This document shows, piece after piece, positions 12,459 to 25,770 of a DNA stretch of 64,000 bases (position 1 is the stretch's first letter; each line of letters begins with the position of its first letter). The notes beneath the pieces were generated by a model. The model made no database searches and was not told the origin of the DNA. It saw only the letters and a program-made list of their open reading frames with translations. The stretch comes from Raillietiella orientalis (taxonomy: Eukaryota). The stretch spans positions 1,302,001 through 1,366,000 of the forward strand of contig JAYWIR010000034.1 of NCBI GenBank assembly GCA_036172245.1. The letters run 5' to 3'. The position numbers and the translations under genes were made by a program.

Positions 12459-14456
12459 ATGAAGGCTGCGAAGTTTCTACGTGGATTTTATGATGCTTCC
12501 TACAAACATTTTGTCAAGCATGTTGGAAAATGTAAGAGGTTGGACGTCCCCGTGACGAGGAATCTAACGATAGCTACGTGTCGAAAAAGTTATTCGGCCA
12601 CGGCTGGGGGCTTCTACTCACCAGCTAGGAGAGATGATATGAGGTATGGGCACAATTTCATGTTCAGTGTTACGAAATATCATTTGCTTGTTTTTCAATT
12701 TGAAAAGCATCCTACATAGTGTACCAATCTAATACATTGATTTTCTGTTGAAGGGATGGTGGAATTGCATGTATGAAATATTGTACAAGTAGTTATCCTT
12801 CCCACACGAAAATACCATTACCTGCTTTGTCACCTACAATGGAAACCGGAACCATAGTGGCATGGCATAAGAAGGAAGGTATACGAATTGTGACATATTT
12901 CACTGATGCAAAGCATCAATTCTCGTATCGAAACCAATTCGTTTTCTAAACACCCAGGTGACCAAGTAAGTGAAGGAACCCTAATGGCAGATATCGAGAC
13001 TGACAAAGCTACAATGGGTTTTGAAGCTCCTGAGGACGGTTACCTTGCAAAAATTCTTTTACCTGCTGGATCAAAGAATGTTCCCGTTGGGAAGGTGAGC
13101 TTTTTACTTGTGAATTTCAATGTTGTTGTAGTTGATGTGTCTTTTAGTAGAAAATGAAGAAGATGTCGTAAAGTTCCAAGATTACAAAGACACAAGCAAA
13201 TCTGCATCACCTTCAGCTCCTGCACCAAAACCAAAAGTATCACCAAAACCTTCAGAAACCCCACCACCACCTCCATCACCTGTTTCATCATTCACCCCTC
13301 CTGTACCCCCACCACCCCCACCACCCCCACCACCACCTACTACTTTGCCTCCATCTCCTGCTAGCACATCTTTTTCCACAGCAAAATTATTTATGACACC
13401 ATTAGCCAGACGCATTGTCCAAGAAAAAGGCTTGAAACTGTCTGTGAGTCACATAATGTCAAATAGTCAACTTGAACCTCACTGGAAGATAGGACATTTC
13501 AATACAATCAGGACCAAACTTGCAGTCTGTACTGCGTGTCAAAGACGTAGCTACATTACAGCCAAAAGCAGCAGTTGCCTTTACACCACCTGTTACAGCT
13601 GCTGCTGCAGTAGATGTGTCCATGGATGAAGTGCAGCAAGAGCAAGCACAATTATACTTGCAGGCCAAAACTGTATTTCATTATAAAGAATGTGCTTTTC
13701 CTAATGTTTTTGACAGACAATACCACATTATTATCTTGTGACAGATGTTCTCATCGAGAATCTTCTCAATTTTGGTGGACAGTTGGGTGCTCCACAGCTG
13801 ACAGTTCATGACTTTGTGTTGAAAGCAGCTGCCCTTGCATGTGCACAGGTTCCAGAAGTCAACTCTTCTTGGCTTGGTACATCTATTCGAGAGTAAGCAT
13901 ACTTGATCTTGTTAATTATAACTGCTGTCATAAGATATAAAACAGTGGACATCAATGTTGCCATTGGCACAGATCGAGGTTTAATCAGCCCAGTTATCTT
14001 TGGTGTGGAGGGCAAAGGGTTACTAGCAATCCATAATGAACTAGAGCAGTTACGACTGCATGCCAGTGAAGGTACTCTCCATCCTAGTTCTCTACAGGTG
14101 TGGCTTCCTACTAATCTATTTTATCAAAACGAGTCATGTGATAGGTGGGAACTTTTTCGGTATCCTGCATGATGAACTTTGGTATCAGAAGTTTTTCTGC
14201 AATCATTCAACCCCCCCAGGCCTGCATTCTTGCAGTAGGCTGTCAAACACAAACAGTTCTGCCAGATTCTAGCACTGAAAAAGGGTCAGTATGACTGTGT
14301 CAATTTCTTATTAATTTGTTATGTAGATTCAAGATATGCAATAGTTTGAATGTTACTTTAAGTTGTGATCATCGTGTTGTCGATGGTGCTGTGGGAGCTC
14401 AGTGGCTCTCCATTTTCAAAACATTCTTGGAGAAGCCATCTAGCATGTTATTATAA
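12459..14456 (+). CDS. DLAT: Dihydrolipoamide acetyltransferase, pyruvate dehydrogenase complex E2 (mitochondrial), 9 exons
   Basis: Exons 12459-12643, 12754-12878, 12958-13094, 13132-13443, 13493-13672, 13717-13892, 13935-14097, 14145-14284, 14327-14456 with GT-AG introns. Contains a basic presequence, lipoyl domain LPALSPTM...IETDKATM, Pro-rich linker, PLARR subunit-binding domain, TIPHYYL and catalytic DHRVVDG. Confidence 0.95.
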
Positions 14457-14501
14457 TGCCTCTCTAAGTCAATGCATGCAGTTCAATAATAATAACACTT
14501 G

Positions 14502-15726
14502 TTACATGTCATCTGTATTCAGACCATACTTGTTTTTCATTTTATCAATCTCCTCCTTTTTCTTATCTTGATCCATCTTCTTAAATGCTTTATTGGCCTA
14601 CAGAAAATAAAACAGTATTTTGAAGGCTTTTGTTCCGATGATTACCTGATAATACAACACAACCAGATATCTGTTGCAAACATTGAATCCAGACAAATGG
14701 TCACACGCATTTTTGGCATCAAAAATATCTTCATATACCACGAAAGATGTTCCCCTTGTCTCTGGTGCATTACCTCTAAAAAAAAATTTGCCTCTATATC
14801 TGTTAAAACAATGTGGTCCTACATTCTGATTTGCCTAATGGCTCCATATTTTCCAAAAATATCATACATTTCTTCAGCAGTTATTTTATAAGGAAGATTC
14901 CTGACATATAAAATTCGATTCACCTCTGGGGGGAGGCGTACCTAAAGGCAAATGAAAACTGAAGGCTTGTTGATTTACAGAGACACCTGGTGTACCTACC
15001 GCAATCTGAAAATAAATTTTTTTTCAAAATATACAATTCCTGTTAAATGGTGAACAAGCAAATCAATTCTTTTTGTTGGACAAAAAATATACAACACATG
15101 TACAACACATTGCAACGCAGTATAAAACATATCAATACTGTAAGAATTGCATTTGACTCATGGAGAACTGAAACATCTACATAATCCTAGTTCTTAAGTA
15201 CCGGTCAATAAAGAGAAATTCTCTAAACATGCTTCAGTAGTTCTAACCTCTTGAATAACACTTCATGACCGATACTTCAAGGTGTTTACAATCCATGTAA
15301 ATCTTTATCCTTTTAATCAAAACAAAACTAAAACGTATGTTTGTTCCTTAGCAAACCCATGTAAATTTTTTCAACACCGATGCGGGCTACCTTAAACTAA
15401 CTATGAATCGAGCAGCATAAATGTTGTCTGGTGAACCGATGCAACAGCATCACCATTTTAAAATGACATATATATTATGTAGCTGTATAACATATATGCA
15501 GTTTTACTCTATAAACAAAAAAGACACTAAGTTTGTCCAATTATATACAACGATATTAACTGTACTTCTCGTTTTCGATGTCATAGTTTCTATAGCGTCC
15601 TCTTTATTTTTTACACGAAGAATTTTACTTAACACCTGCTTAATAAACACACATAAGACACTTTAGCGGTTTACTATTAATCAAAAATAATAATGCACAT
15701 ACGTTAGTCCTCCTTTGCATAGCCAT
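14502..15726 (-). CDS. SF3B6: Splicing factor 3B subunit 6 (SF3b14/p14), 4 exons
   Basis: Exons 15726-15703 (MAMQRRTN), 14941-14823 ([21 protein letters not shown]...), 14775-14646 ([43 protein letters not shown]) and 14597-14502; near-canonical p14 RRM sequence. Confidence 0.97.
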
Positions 15727-16883
15727 GCTTCTCCGATGCGTTTCACCGTATACTAGCACAAGAATGCTGCGCACAAATAACCAAACAAACTTTTACAAGA
15801 CTACCAGTGTTTTCCCCCAAAAATATGGAATACATAATACGCAGACGTGCTATATAAATGCAGCTTTATTTTCAAAATAGGAAGACATTGATTAATTTTA
15901 ACTATACACAACATGATAACAATATTTTTCATTATTTTGAATATCAGTTTCTGTAGCTTTCTCCATATTTTCTATGTAGATTTTAATTTAACTTACCCTT
16001 TAAGTGTTTGTAAGACGGAGTTCATACTCTTTATTCAACGTAAGAACTTAATCACTTAAGAATATCATTTTCGTAAAGCATAACTTATTTAGCAATGCGA
16101 CTCGTTGCATAATGCATCAATCAGTAAAGCATCAGTGCAGCTTTGAACTATAAGTAGCAGTTTCAGCTTATTCCGACGCTTTCAGTTTCTCATTTCCGTA
16201 TTCTGACTCATTTGTTCAGAAGTTCATTCAGATTATTCGAACTCTGAAAGTTCTCGATGACGTTATGCCTACAACATATAACTAGAGTTTGGTTCTTATA
16301 GTATGAATATCTTTGTCCACTTGTCAGTGCCAATGAGCATTAGTACAGCTATTGAACGAATTTCAATGAAATTGAGAGTTATCTTTCAGATTCGAATCTA
16401 CAGTTAATGGTGTTTGATCTCAGGAAGTAATTCATAGTTTCCCTTTGAATTTCTATAGGCATTCCTGGAGTCCACATTAACAATGTTTTACCTTACACTT
16501 ATTGAATGTGGCGTATTTGCATCATATATTTTCTCTAAGTCCAGGGGACCCAAGTAAAATTCTAATGCTTGCAATCTTATCTTTTGCTACTATTATTTCC
16601 AAAATCAGATAAAAGTTTATTCATTAAATCAAAATTGCAATGAAGCTGCCTTTTTCTGCATTTTTGAAACTTTAATGATCTTGTAAACAAATAACAATAC
16701 CATGCTATTACTTTTTTTATTAAATCCTTTATCAGTAAGGCTAGAAAGTTTTTTATTATTAGAACCGAATTAGCAAAATTCGGTTTTTATATATTCAAAT
16801 AGCTGTAATTATTAGACAATCATTTTTACTATCTGACGGATTAAGTACTAAGCAAACAGAAACTGTACTACTGAAATACCATC

Positions 16884-17505
16884 CGAAGTCTGCGTCGGAG
16901 GCCGTGTGGTTACGCTGGTCTCCGCGCTTGGCACCACCAAGAGACGTGGATTCGAATACTCCGAAGGTATCGAGGCAGTGCGCCCTGGGTCCTGAGTTCA
17001 CCCCGCAAGATGACCCTGGTTGGCCTACATTCATCCGGGTGCGGCACTGGTTGCGGTTATAACCGGATGCCCCCGATGAGGGTCGGGACAAATGGAAGTC
17101 GACCTCCGGGTCCTTGCAGGAATCACGGAGTAGGAGCTCCCCTGCAGTTGTGAAGGAGAGGACGGACCCCTCCGCGTCAGACTGCTAAAGTAGGTGTGTC
17201 GCCACCACCTCTCCAGAGATTGCAGAGACGCGAGCCGATCCCTTCGAGGAAACTGCGTCCTTCTGAATTTCGGAAGCGCCCCTTCGGGGTTCTCTTCAGA
17301 GGAGTGAACAGGAGCGGATCCTTTGCAGGGATCCCTCCGGAGAAGAAATTCCTACTAGCGTATCCTTTCCGGGTTCCCTTCGGAGAAGTTGAAATGGAGA
17401 GGACCACCCCCCTCCCGGGGGTGTCTTTCCGGAGAGAATGAGGAAGGGGATTGACACACATGGGAAGGATGGTCCTCTCCATTTCATCTTCTCCGAAGGG
17501 AACCG
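16884..17505 (+). mobile_element. tRNA-derived SINE-like insertion (~620 bp, GC-rich) with candidate 11-bp target site duplication
   Basis: A-box-like aggccgtgtggt (~16899-16910) and B-box-like ggattcgaatac (~16948-16959); sharp GC island in AT-rich DNA; flanks gaaataccatc (16873-16883) and gaaatactatc (17506-17516). Confidence 0.55.
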
Positions 17506-17509
17506 GAAA
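17366..17509. repeat. Near-perfect ~40-bp inverted repeat (long hairpin)
   Basis: 17366-17406 tttccgggttcccttcggagaagttgaaatggagaggacca versus the reverse complement of 17470-17509, tttccggttcccttcggagaagatgaaatggagaggacca (one indel, one substitution). Confidence 0.95.
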
Positions 17510-18018
17510 TACTATCACTAAGATGGTTGCACTCTTGCGTTTACGAGGACATAATGATGGAAATGCTAAAATGGCACTATGATTTTACGATTGGATCACA
17601 CGTATTGCGAAATAGTTATAAATTATGGAATAATTATTTCATTACCTGTTTTCTACATGTGCAATTATCACATTTCGTTTTTTTCTTTTCATAAACTTCG
17701 CAAATAGCGGAAAATTAGTGCATCATAAGGCATATAAGATTAAGTATGCTCTTGCTAACCCATAGCAGGATAGGGAATTATGATCCCATAAGCCATTTTA
17801 TTTTGTATATTTGAGCAACTATTTGCTACTGGTCAACTAAGCAATGTCCATACGAAACAGCATGCTACCAAACTATGATGATTGATAACTGGAATTTGAT
17901 TTCTTAAATGGACATCTTTTAACATTTTTCAAGGTCGACAAAGACGAGTCTCGCGTATTTGCTGTCAGGTATTTATGTATTCGATGGATGATAATTATCA
18001 CCCGGATATGCCGGGGCA

Positions 18019-18655
18019 TTTATTTATGAAATAAAAACATAATTATGTTTTCTCGTGGTGAACCGAAGGGCTCACACGTCACAGCAGCTTGCTCGTTGCC
18101 GGTGCAAAGACCGGTGAGGTCCATCCAACGCGCCGGGGTAGCAATAAAGTAAACAGAAAGTGAAACGTGGGGAGGGGACAAATGTATAGGGAGGGAGAGC
18201 GCGGGGAAGGGACCACACTGCGTGCGGATCGGTCCTGTAGATCCTGTCCAGGATCCTAGCCGGCTGCGCCCTGCTTGCGCCCAGGTGGGACCACCTGGAT
18301 ACATTTCCCACGAAGATGCGAGTCCAATTGATGGCATCCCTGCCATTCTGTACTCTTCTGGGAGCGTTCCATGCCGCCACGATTCCACCGATGCAGCACA
18401 GCACAACACTGCTACAGACGGGGCCGGGGGCAAGGTAGCATGCGAGAAGAGACGCCTGAAAATGTCCCTGGAGTCGCCTCCACCTATGTTCAGGATCGTC
18501 GCAAGACGATTCCAGAGGGCACAGAGGGCAATGCAGTCTACGAGGTGAGGGAAAGTCTCTTTCTCTCTGCATCGGTCACACGAGGCATCCACACTTCCAC
18601 GTGTCCAGTGAGTGAGGTGTGCTTTGCACGGGAGATGATGGTAAAGAGCAATTAA
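18019..18655 (-). mobile_element. 5'-truncated non-LTR retrotransposon 3' fragment (ORF2 C-terminal zinc knuckle)
   Basis: Open frame ALYHHLPCKAHLTHWTRGSVDASCDRCREKETFPHLVDC matches the LPxxxxL...CxxC-ETxxH-C motif of LINE ORF2. GC-rich block with an abrupt 5' edge; AATAAA at the minus-strand 3' end (plus tttatt 18019-18024). Confidence 0.75.
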
Positions 18656-19424
18656 TGCAGTTGCACTACATTGATTTGTTCATACTAAAAAGAATCAATG
18701 CAGTTCCGTTTCGTTTCAATTCTGGTGCCACGATTTTTAACGCGAGGGTTTTCACTTATTTTGCATAAAGTCAAATCTAATGATTTGACTTGGCATCACT
18801 TTATGGGAAGAAATTCAGAGCATTTTAAATTGCAGTGACCATGAGAAACTCATCTGTGCCGTATTGCAGTTCCAATTAACATAAATTAATGTTTATGTAC
18901 ATATATTCTGTTGGCAAGTGTTCGATGACGGAGATACGAAGATTGAAATACAAAGTGACTGAATATACCAAGGTCATAATAAAGTGCTCTTCTGACAGTG
19001 ATACTATAGAAAGCCTTGGCTTCAATTGGCTTCTTAGTCACCCTGACAGTCACATGGCACTTCAAAAGCAGCATTACCTCTTTAATAAAACAAACTTATT
19101 TCACGGTTCATAAATCTTGTAAAACGGAAAATGCATATGCAACATAAAAACCATAATGAATTTTCAAGTTTCTCGTGTTGTTTTCTTTCGCACCTCAATC
19201 ATGCATGTTTACAGATGTTGCAAGACATTTAAGTGTTCACTTATGAAATATATGCACAGGTCCTTGCAATCAATAAACAGCAATTCGGTGATTGAGAAAA
19301 GTATATCTATATTCTTGTCAATGCACACAATTATACGACATTTTCAAATTATGTTCTTTCATAGTAAAACAGAAGTTTTGCATTTTCATAGGTCACCAAG
19401 AAAGTGAATGTAACAAAGTGAACC

Positions 19425-22400
19425 TTAATCCAGTACCTCACAAATTAATTTCTTATTCTTTGCAACTGTAAGGATATTGTTAGCTATGTCTTTGATTTTC
19501 TTCTCAGTTGAAGACAATTCTGCGCCATTTATTCCTGCAAAATTTCCAATGAACTCAATAAGTGTTAGCCATACTTACCAAGCAATGAAAGTGCCTTGAT
19601 AATCTGCCAGAGAAGTTGGCAATCTACAATTCTCTCTGCCACATGATTAAAACTTTGCATCATTTGCAAAATAATGCACACTCCTCTGTGCTGCATGTGG
19701 ACATTGGGATTAGCTAAAACAAATTGCAAAATCTCTTCCCAGCGATTAACCTAACAGAAACAAAAGATTCTCTCTTTCAAAGAAGACAATATACCTCGAG
19801 GATTTTGTTGCAACAATTCCTTGAGAGAGATGTAAGAATGGCCAAGGCACCTGAAGCAGCTTGCCGTGTTTGTTCGTCTTCATCTTCACACAACAACAGC
19901 ATGTATTTGAGTCTGTCATTGGCACCTTCATAAGCATGCACAACATGGGGATGGCACACCAAATTAGTCATGCACTGCACAGCTGCTTGCTTGATCAGTT
20001 CGTGCTCTTCAAACATCCAGTGCTCAATGTGGGACAATCCTCCCTCTTGCAAAATGTGGCCACGCATTTCATCACTCACACTAGCCAAATTGGTAAGGCC
20101 CAACAATGCCTCGAAATTCTGAAGGGCTGAACAATCAGGATGTAGCAAGCTAATTAGAGGACGCACCACTTCACAAATCTAAAAATTCATAATTCTGTTC
20201 TTTGCACTATATGTAATGCCTACTCTCTGTCCAGGAAAACACACTTCTGGATTGATGGAAATAGCAATACGAGATAAAGCTTGGGCTGCATATCTTTTAC
20301 TTTTTTCTGTACCTTCGGACAACAACATCAGTAAAGCTTTGACTCCACCCTGCTGTACAACCAGGCCTCTCAATTCTGGCAGCTCACAAACAGCATTGAA
20401 TACTCTACAGTTTTTGACACAACAATGGAATACACAGTATGTTTTTATCTTGCCTACTCAATAATTCACGGATATTATCATCAATTGTATTGTTCATTAC
20501 AGCTACAAGTGCTACTATAATTCCATTGTTCACCAAGCTTTTAATGCGACGATGCACATGTTCCAGTTCATCCAAAGGATGCTGCTGTGGTACATGTTGC
20601 TTGGCAAACTTAGCAAATTGGATCATTTCTGGAATGATTTCTTGCTTTTCATAGCTATTGGTCAAATTAACAAAAATGGTTGCAACAGCAAAAATGCAAG
20701 ACACACCTCCTTCCTACATATTTGTCTACTTTGTCAATACTGATTTATAAGCACTGAACAAACCTTAGCTAATTTTGTAATGGCTTGTAAAACCAAGGCA
20801 TCATTAACAAGCTTTTCCTTCACATCTGCATCAAGACTCAGGTATACTAGACCCTCTAAAGCCCTCTGTTGGATGCCTGAATGCTCAGATGATGACATCA
20901 GAAATCTAAATGAACATGTGTTTCCTGCTCCAATTCTCTGAACTTACTCTGAACAAACAGAAGCTAGTTTCACTGTTGCTCCCTCTGGCAAGTATTTCTG
21001 AGATATGTCAGTGCCACCAGCTGAACCCAATTTGCATAAACCTACCAAGGCCCTAACCTGAGTGGAAAAAACAAAAAAAAAACAAATAGCAAGGGTTCAA
21101 ATGCATGCTTACCTTGATTTCATCACACTGGGATTTACAGAGTTTACTCAGAATATTTGCAGCCTGTGTCACCATAGTGGCTGCTTTATCTTTTTTATTG
21201 GCACATGCAATAAGCAGCTCTAATGCAACTTCCTTTAGAAAAAAGAAATTTCCATCATAGTTTTACAAAGTCTTACCTGCTGCTTCAGTTCCTCTTTTTT
21301 TGCCATAATAACAGCTCTTTCCAACATATTATTCTGAGAAATCACATGACTGCCAGCATCTACAGGACCATTAAGCAATGCTGTACTGGCCACTAAAGCA
21401 CGCATCTGAGAAGCATCTGAAGGATCGTGCAATTGTTCTCTATCTATGGTTTCAACAAAGTTTGCAATAATTCTATTACTTAATGAATTCTTCTGCATCA
21501 GTACAAAAATTCTTCCTAGCATCATTTCCAGGTAGATTATCATATACACAAGTGAGAAGCCATGACACTAACTGCACACTGTTTTTGCTTATCTTCATGC
21601 AACTCTCTGTTTGTTGATCAATTGATTCAGATGCAATTTCCAGCATGCATGCAACTCCTAATACACATCTAAAAACACAATGTCAATTCTAAACATACCT
21701 TTCAGTTTTAAAAACTGTTGAGACCAACTAAACTGTTCCTGGCGAATATTTTTCAATAAAAACTGCAACAAAGTATCTCTAGCTTGTTCGGTTAGTGTGC
21801 GTTTATTAGACATAGATAACAATGCACTAAAAATGCCATCAACAACTGCCTTTGCTGTTTAAAAAATCAGTAAGATTGATTAGAAGATTTCCATACCTTG
21901 TTCTTCATCATCTGCTTTATGTTCTGATGGAAGTTTTAGCATATGATCCACCAATTGCTGCATGACATACGACCAGCAAATAAGTAGTTCCTCATTACAA
22001 CTATTCAGCATGAGCAAAAACCAATTTAGATTGACTTCTTGCAAAATTTCTTGACACTAATACAACATATACGAAAATCTATTATCTCAACAGTTCCAAT
22101 GAACCTTGTGATAATCATAACACAATGCTCCAATGATTCTCAACACCAATGGACGGGATTCCTCAAATGATTCAGTGTCTAACAAATTTATTAACTTCTT
22201 CACTACTTTTCTTTCATGTAACATTTCAGCACCTAAACTATTGGAATACTAAAAATCGAATGTATCTCATGCTGCACCTGCATGCTCCTGAGCAACCATC
22301 AAGATGTTACTTAGAGATTTTATTCTGGTTTCTGAACTGCAGCTGGAGTCAAATATGTTGGTGAGCATTTTTTGTACTCTGTTTTCCATGAGAGAATCTG

Positions 22401-23059
22401 CATCGACCTAATTCAAAAAATTCAGAAACATAATATAGTTTGTTTACGAACTGCTGTTAAGACACGAACTTTTCATACATTTAAAGCACTGTTTCTTAGT
22501 ATGCAAATTATTATGATTATTAACTAGCAACTGTATGAAGATGGAACTAAAGAAGTTCATCCACATCATTACAGTTTTTAAAACTTGGAATTAAAAATCA
22601 TCAAATGTGTACTTTGGGGAAGAATATTCTGTGCAGTCTTTCCAAATTGGTTTGAAAAAGCGAATTCTTTGGATCATTATTATGCAATGCTTTTACAATA
22701 ACATATGCTTCGTCAACTTTACCAAGAAATTCTAAAGCTTGTGCCTTTCTATACAACGTTTTAACATCATTTGGTTTAACTTCAAGAGCTTGAAAAAACA
22801 AAAACAAAAACACATATCAGAATAAAATTTCTAAAATGCTTATCGGCATACCTAAATTGCAGTGATGGAGTGCATCTTCGTATTTCTTTTGCTTTAAACA
22901 TGCAGCTGAAATATTTTTATGCAAAGCCAACTTTTCATCATCATTGTCAGCTAGCTCTAAGCCTTGCATATAGCATCTCATCGCTTCCTCTACCAGTCCT
23001 TCTTGAAAATAAGCATTTCCTTTTTCTTTAAAGTCTGTCTCCGGATGTTGCTTCACCAT
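19425..23059 (-). CDS. UNC45: UNC-45 myosin chaperone (TPR plus UCS/ARM domains), multi-exon
   Basis: N-terminal TPR ([20 protein letters not shown]) and UCS motifs [74 protein letters not shown], all split by short introns; stop at 19425-19427. Confidence 0.95.
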
Positions 23060-25149
23060 TTCGTAACACTAAACTTTGAGAACATTTAATCAGCAAGAAT
23101 TTAGCGTAACAGAAATCGGCCCCATGCTCGGTCATACATTTCGGTGCACGTGTTAGGTGAGAATCGGCCAATCAGTAGTTGACGATGCAAACGCTCATTT
23201 TCCCTTTGAAATTACAACCACATGCTTCCATTCATTCATACAGTACACAACAAAACGAGCACACATTTTGCTATCGCACGTATACAGAAAACCCAAGTCA
23301 AAGGCAGTCTTCACCGCTAACGGCTTCCGACTTGAAACTTTCGACTAAAAATAACTCTCCAAGTTAGGAAGTCTTCGGCCTACGCCTACGCTTCAAAGGC
23401 ATCAAATGGCACATACAACAACGGTACTCCATATTTTCGACTTCGTAGGGAGTAACTGAAAATGAACTGGAATAAAGCTTAACGAAGGCCAATCGACCAT
23501 TCTGAATTGTAAAAAACGCTTCCTCGAATAAATTTACTTTACAAATGAAGCACGGCTTTGACTACCGCAACGGCTACATTCAAAGACTGATTGCGAAACG
23601 AAACCGTACATTGTGCGTAACAAGACATGCAACAAAATTACAGATAATTTTGTTACATAAGTGTGCAAGATGAAAAGTCTTCCGGTTGACACTGTGACTT
23701 TCAATGGTTCACTTATTTGCAGCTATTATTTTTCTTCTATTGGACCCATTCGGGTAGCTAAAAATCACAAGGACTGCACAGTTCGTGGATTCATGTGGGT
23801 GTTCGTTATACCATAGTTGTACGACAGGAATCTGAATAAACCTTAGCGCAGAATTACATAAGTACATAAGTACTTCGGTTACAGAAAAATTTCTGCACTC
23901 GAGTCATTATTGCTTTGGTGTTGGCATCCCGTTTCTTGCTCAGTTCAATACCAGAATCAGTTTCTTCAACATATGAACGTGAGTAGATTTCCACAGAAGA
24001 TAATCAAAAGATAAGCATGGTATTTGCATAAAGTACAGATGCTCGTACAAAGGTGTCAGCATTGTGTTAGTAACTCTTGTGGTTTTCTGAGGTTTGAAGA
24101 GCAGGTCACGAAGCTCGTGAGTGTTGCATGTCAAGTCTGTGAGGTAGACATCAGTTACTCTGAAGAAGTTGTTGATTTTCTGTTTCTCCTGTATCTTTAT
24201 TTTCTTTTCATTGAGAATTTCACCTCATACTCTTTAATTTCTATATGCATGAATTCTAATTACTAAATTAATGTGGAAAATAACAGAGCATAGCGCTTGA
24301 TATGTTATACACTACTTAGAGAGACATGGCTTCTTTTGAATAAAATCGTGAGAAACTAATTAAATATGCACTGGCAGATTTCCCACTTTATGATACAAGG
24401 CATGTGAACAAACTCATTAATCAGAAGAACATTGTTTTTCAAAACAAATAACGGAATAAAATAGAATTGTGGTTCTAAATTAGACAAATTGGCATGGAAA
24501 GATGGACAGATAATTTAATGAGAAGCCCCTTAATGTCCACTGTTTAGAAAAGTCCTTTTTAAATCTCGTTATCAAAAATTACTTTCCAGGAAAATATGAA
24601 ATCGATGTAAAGGTTTTTCCCATTATGTTGCAATCAGTCTTCGCAAATTTCTGATACAGTAGTGAGGATTTATATTCAGTGTCATAAAATTTCCTATAGT
24701 GACATCTGTAGAGAACTTGCTCACGTTCGTATTTAGTACAAATAGCCTATACTTTCCAGCATTCACTCCAATACCATTGCCAGAGATGATCTTTACTTTT
24801 GTGATCTATGGCTTTGTGTCATATCTGCAATAATGGATCTGAAATGTTATTTTGGAATCCCACACCAAGCGAACCGGGATAGCAGTGGTTTTCGAGATTC
24901 AGTTAGATGCCTTATGATGACCATGTTCTACACCTCTTAAGTTTTCCTTTTGTAATAAATACTTAAAACAATTCGCGATACTTCAGAAAAAGAAGGGGGT
25001 AAAAAAGAATAGAGGGTTTGGCAGAGAAAGCTGCGATGTAAGTTGCGTCTCAAAAACGCAAAACTCTACTTATCTTGATGGAACGTCAGTGTCATGTGCT
25101 TCCGTGATGGACGCAATCCGAGTTGGCAGCCGAAAGATTCTTTGAAAGT

Positions 25150-25770
25150 AGTATTAAGTAAATGACAAACAAAGCATCAATGCCGACAAAACAGGAATTA
25201 ATCGGAAGAGCTTGCCACAAGATAAACAACATATATTGAAATCACGAAAAGGCAGTGAAGCAGTGTCAGCACTCGAACCTAAGAGCATCTAATTTTATTA
25301 CTAAGTAGGTGGTGGAAATGCTGAAGATTTCAATTTCTTATCAATTGAAACAGCGATTCAGAAGGGCTATTCAGAAGTACATCTTGGATCATCTAATGCT
25401 GCAAACACCAAAAGTTTAAAGACGACATAAGATTTTTTAGAAAGTTTTTTCCATATTATCCCTCCTTCCAAATAATCTTGTATGAAGAAATATCTGCGAA
25501 AGCATATTTTGCGATGTGGTCTAATCTAACAATCTCTAAAAAACTGAAATATTATCCGAAAATCTGAAATTATCTTAAAATGCTACCAGTGTTTCTCTGT
25601 CTAAATACAGGCACAACTCTGGACCTCATGGACCCGAAATTGATGATGGCTTTACCTATCACTGCAAGCACTCTCACACCCCCATGGAAACGGGAGTGGC
25701 AAGCCGAAAATAATTTCGTCATAATTTTGTTTCGACGCTATCCTAATGGGTATCCACAGCTATGATGAAC
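25150..25770 (+). mobile_element. Decayed Tigger/pogo (DDE_1) transposase relic
   Basis: INADKTGINRKSLP at ~25176 (~FNADETGLxWKxLP), GNAEDF (~NAxGDF), ANTKSLKT (~NxKAWMT), VFLCLNTGTTLDLMDP (~FLPPNTTSxLQPMDQ, ORF 25580..25765). Confidence 0.5.

Noticed and set aside
16891..16968. Functional tRNA gene
   Set aside because: A/B boxes are present but the cloverleaf is irregular with no 7-nt anticodon loop, and no T-run terminator follows; fits a SINE head.
17073..17200. Hammerhead or HDV-like ribozyme in the SINE body
   Set aside because: ccgatgag lacks the CUGAUGA core and there is no matching GAAA junction; the HDV-like fold lacks the P1.1 GG and full P1 pairing.
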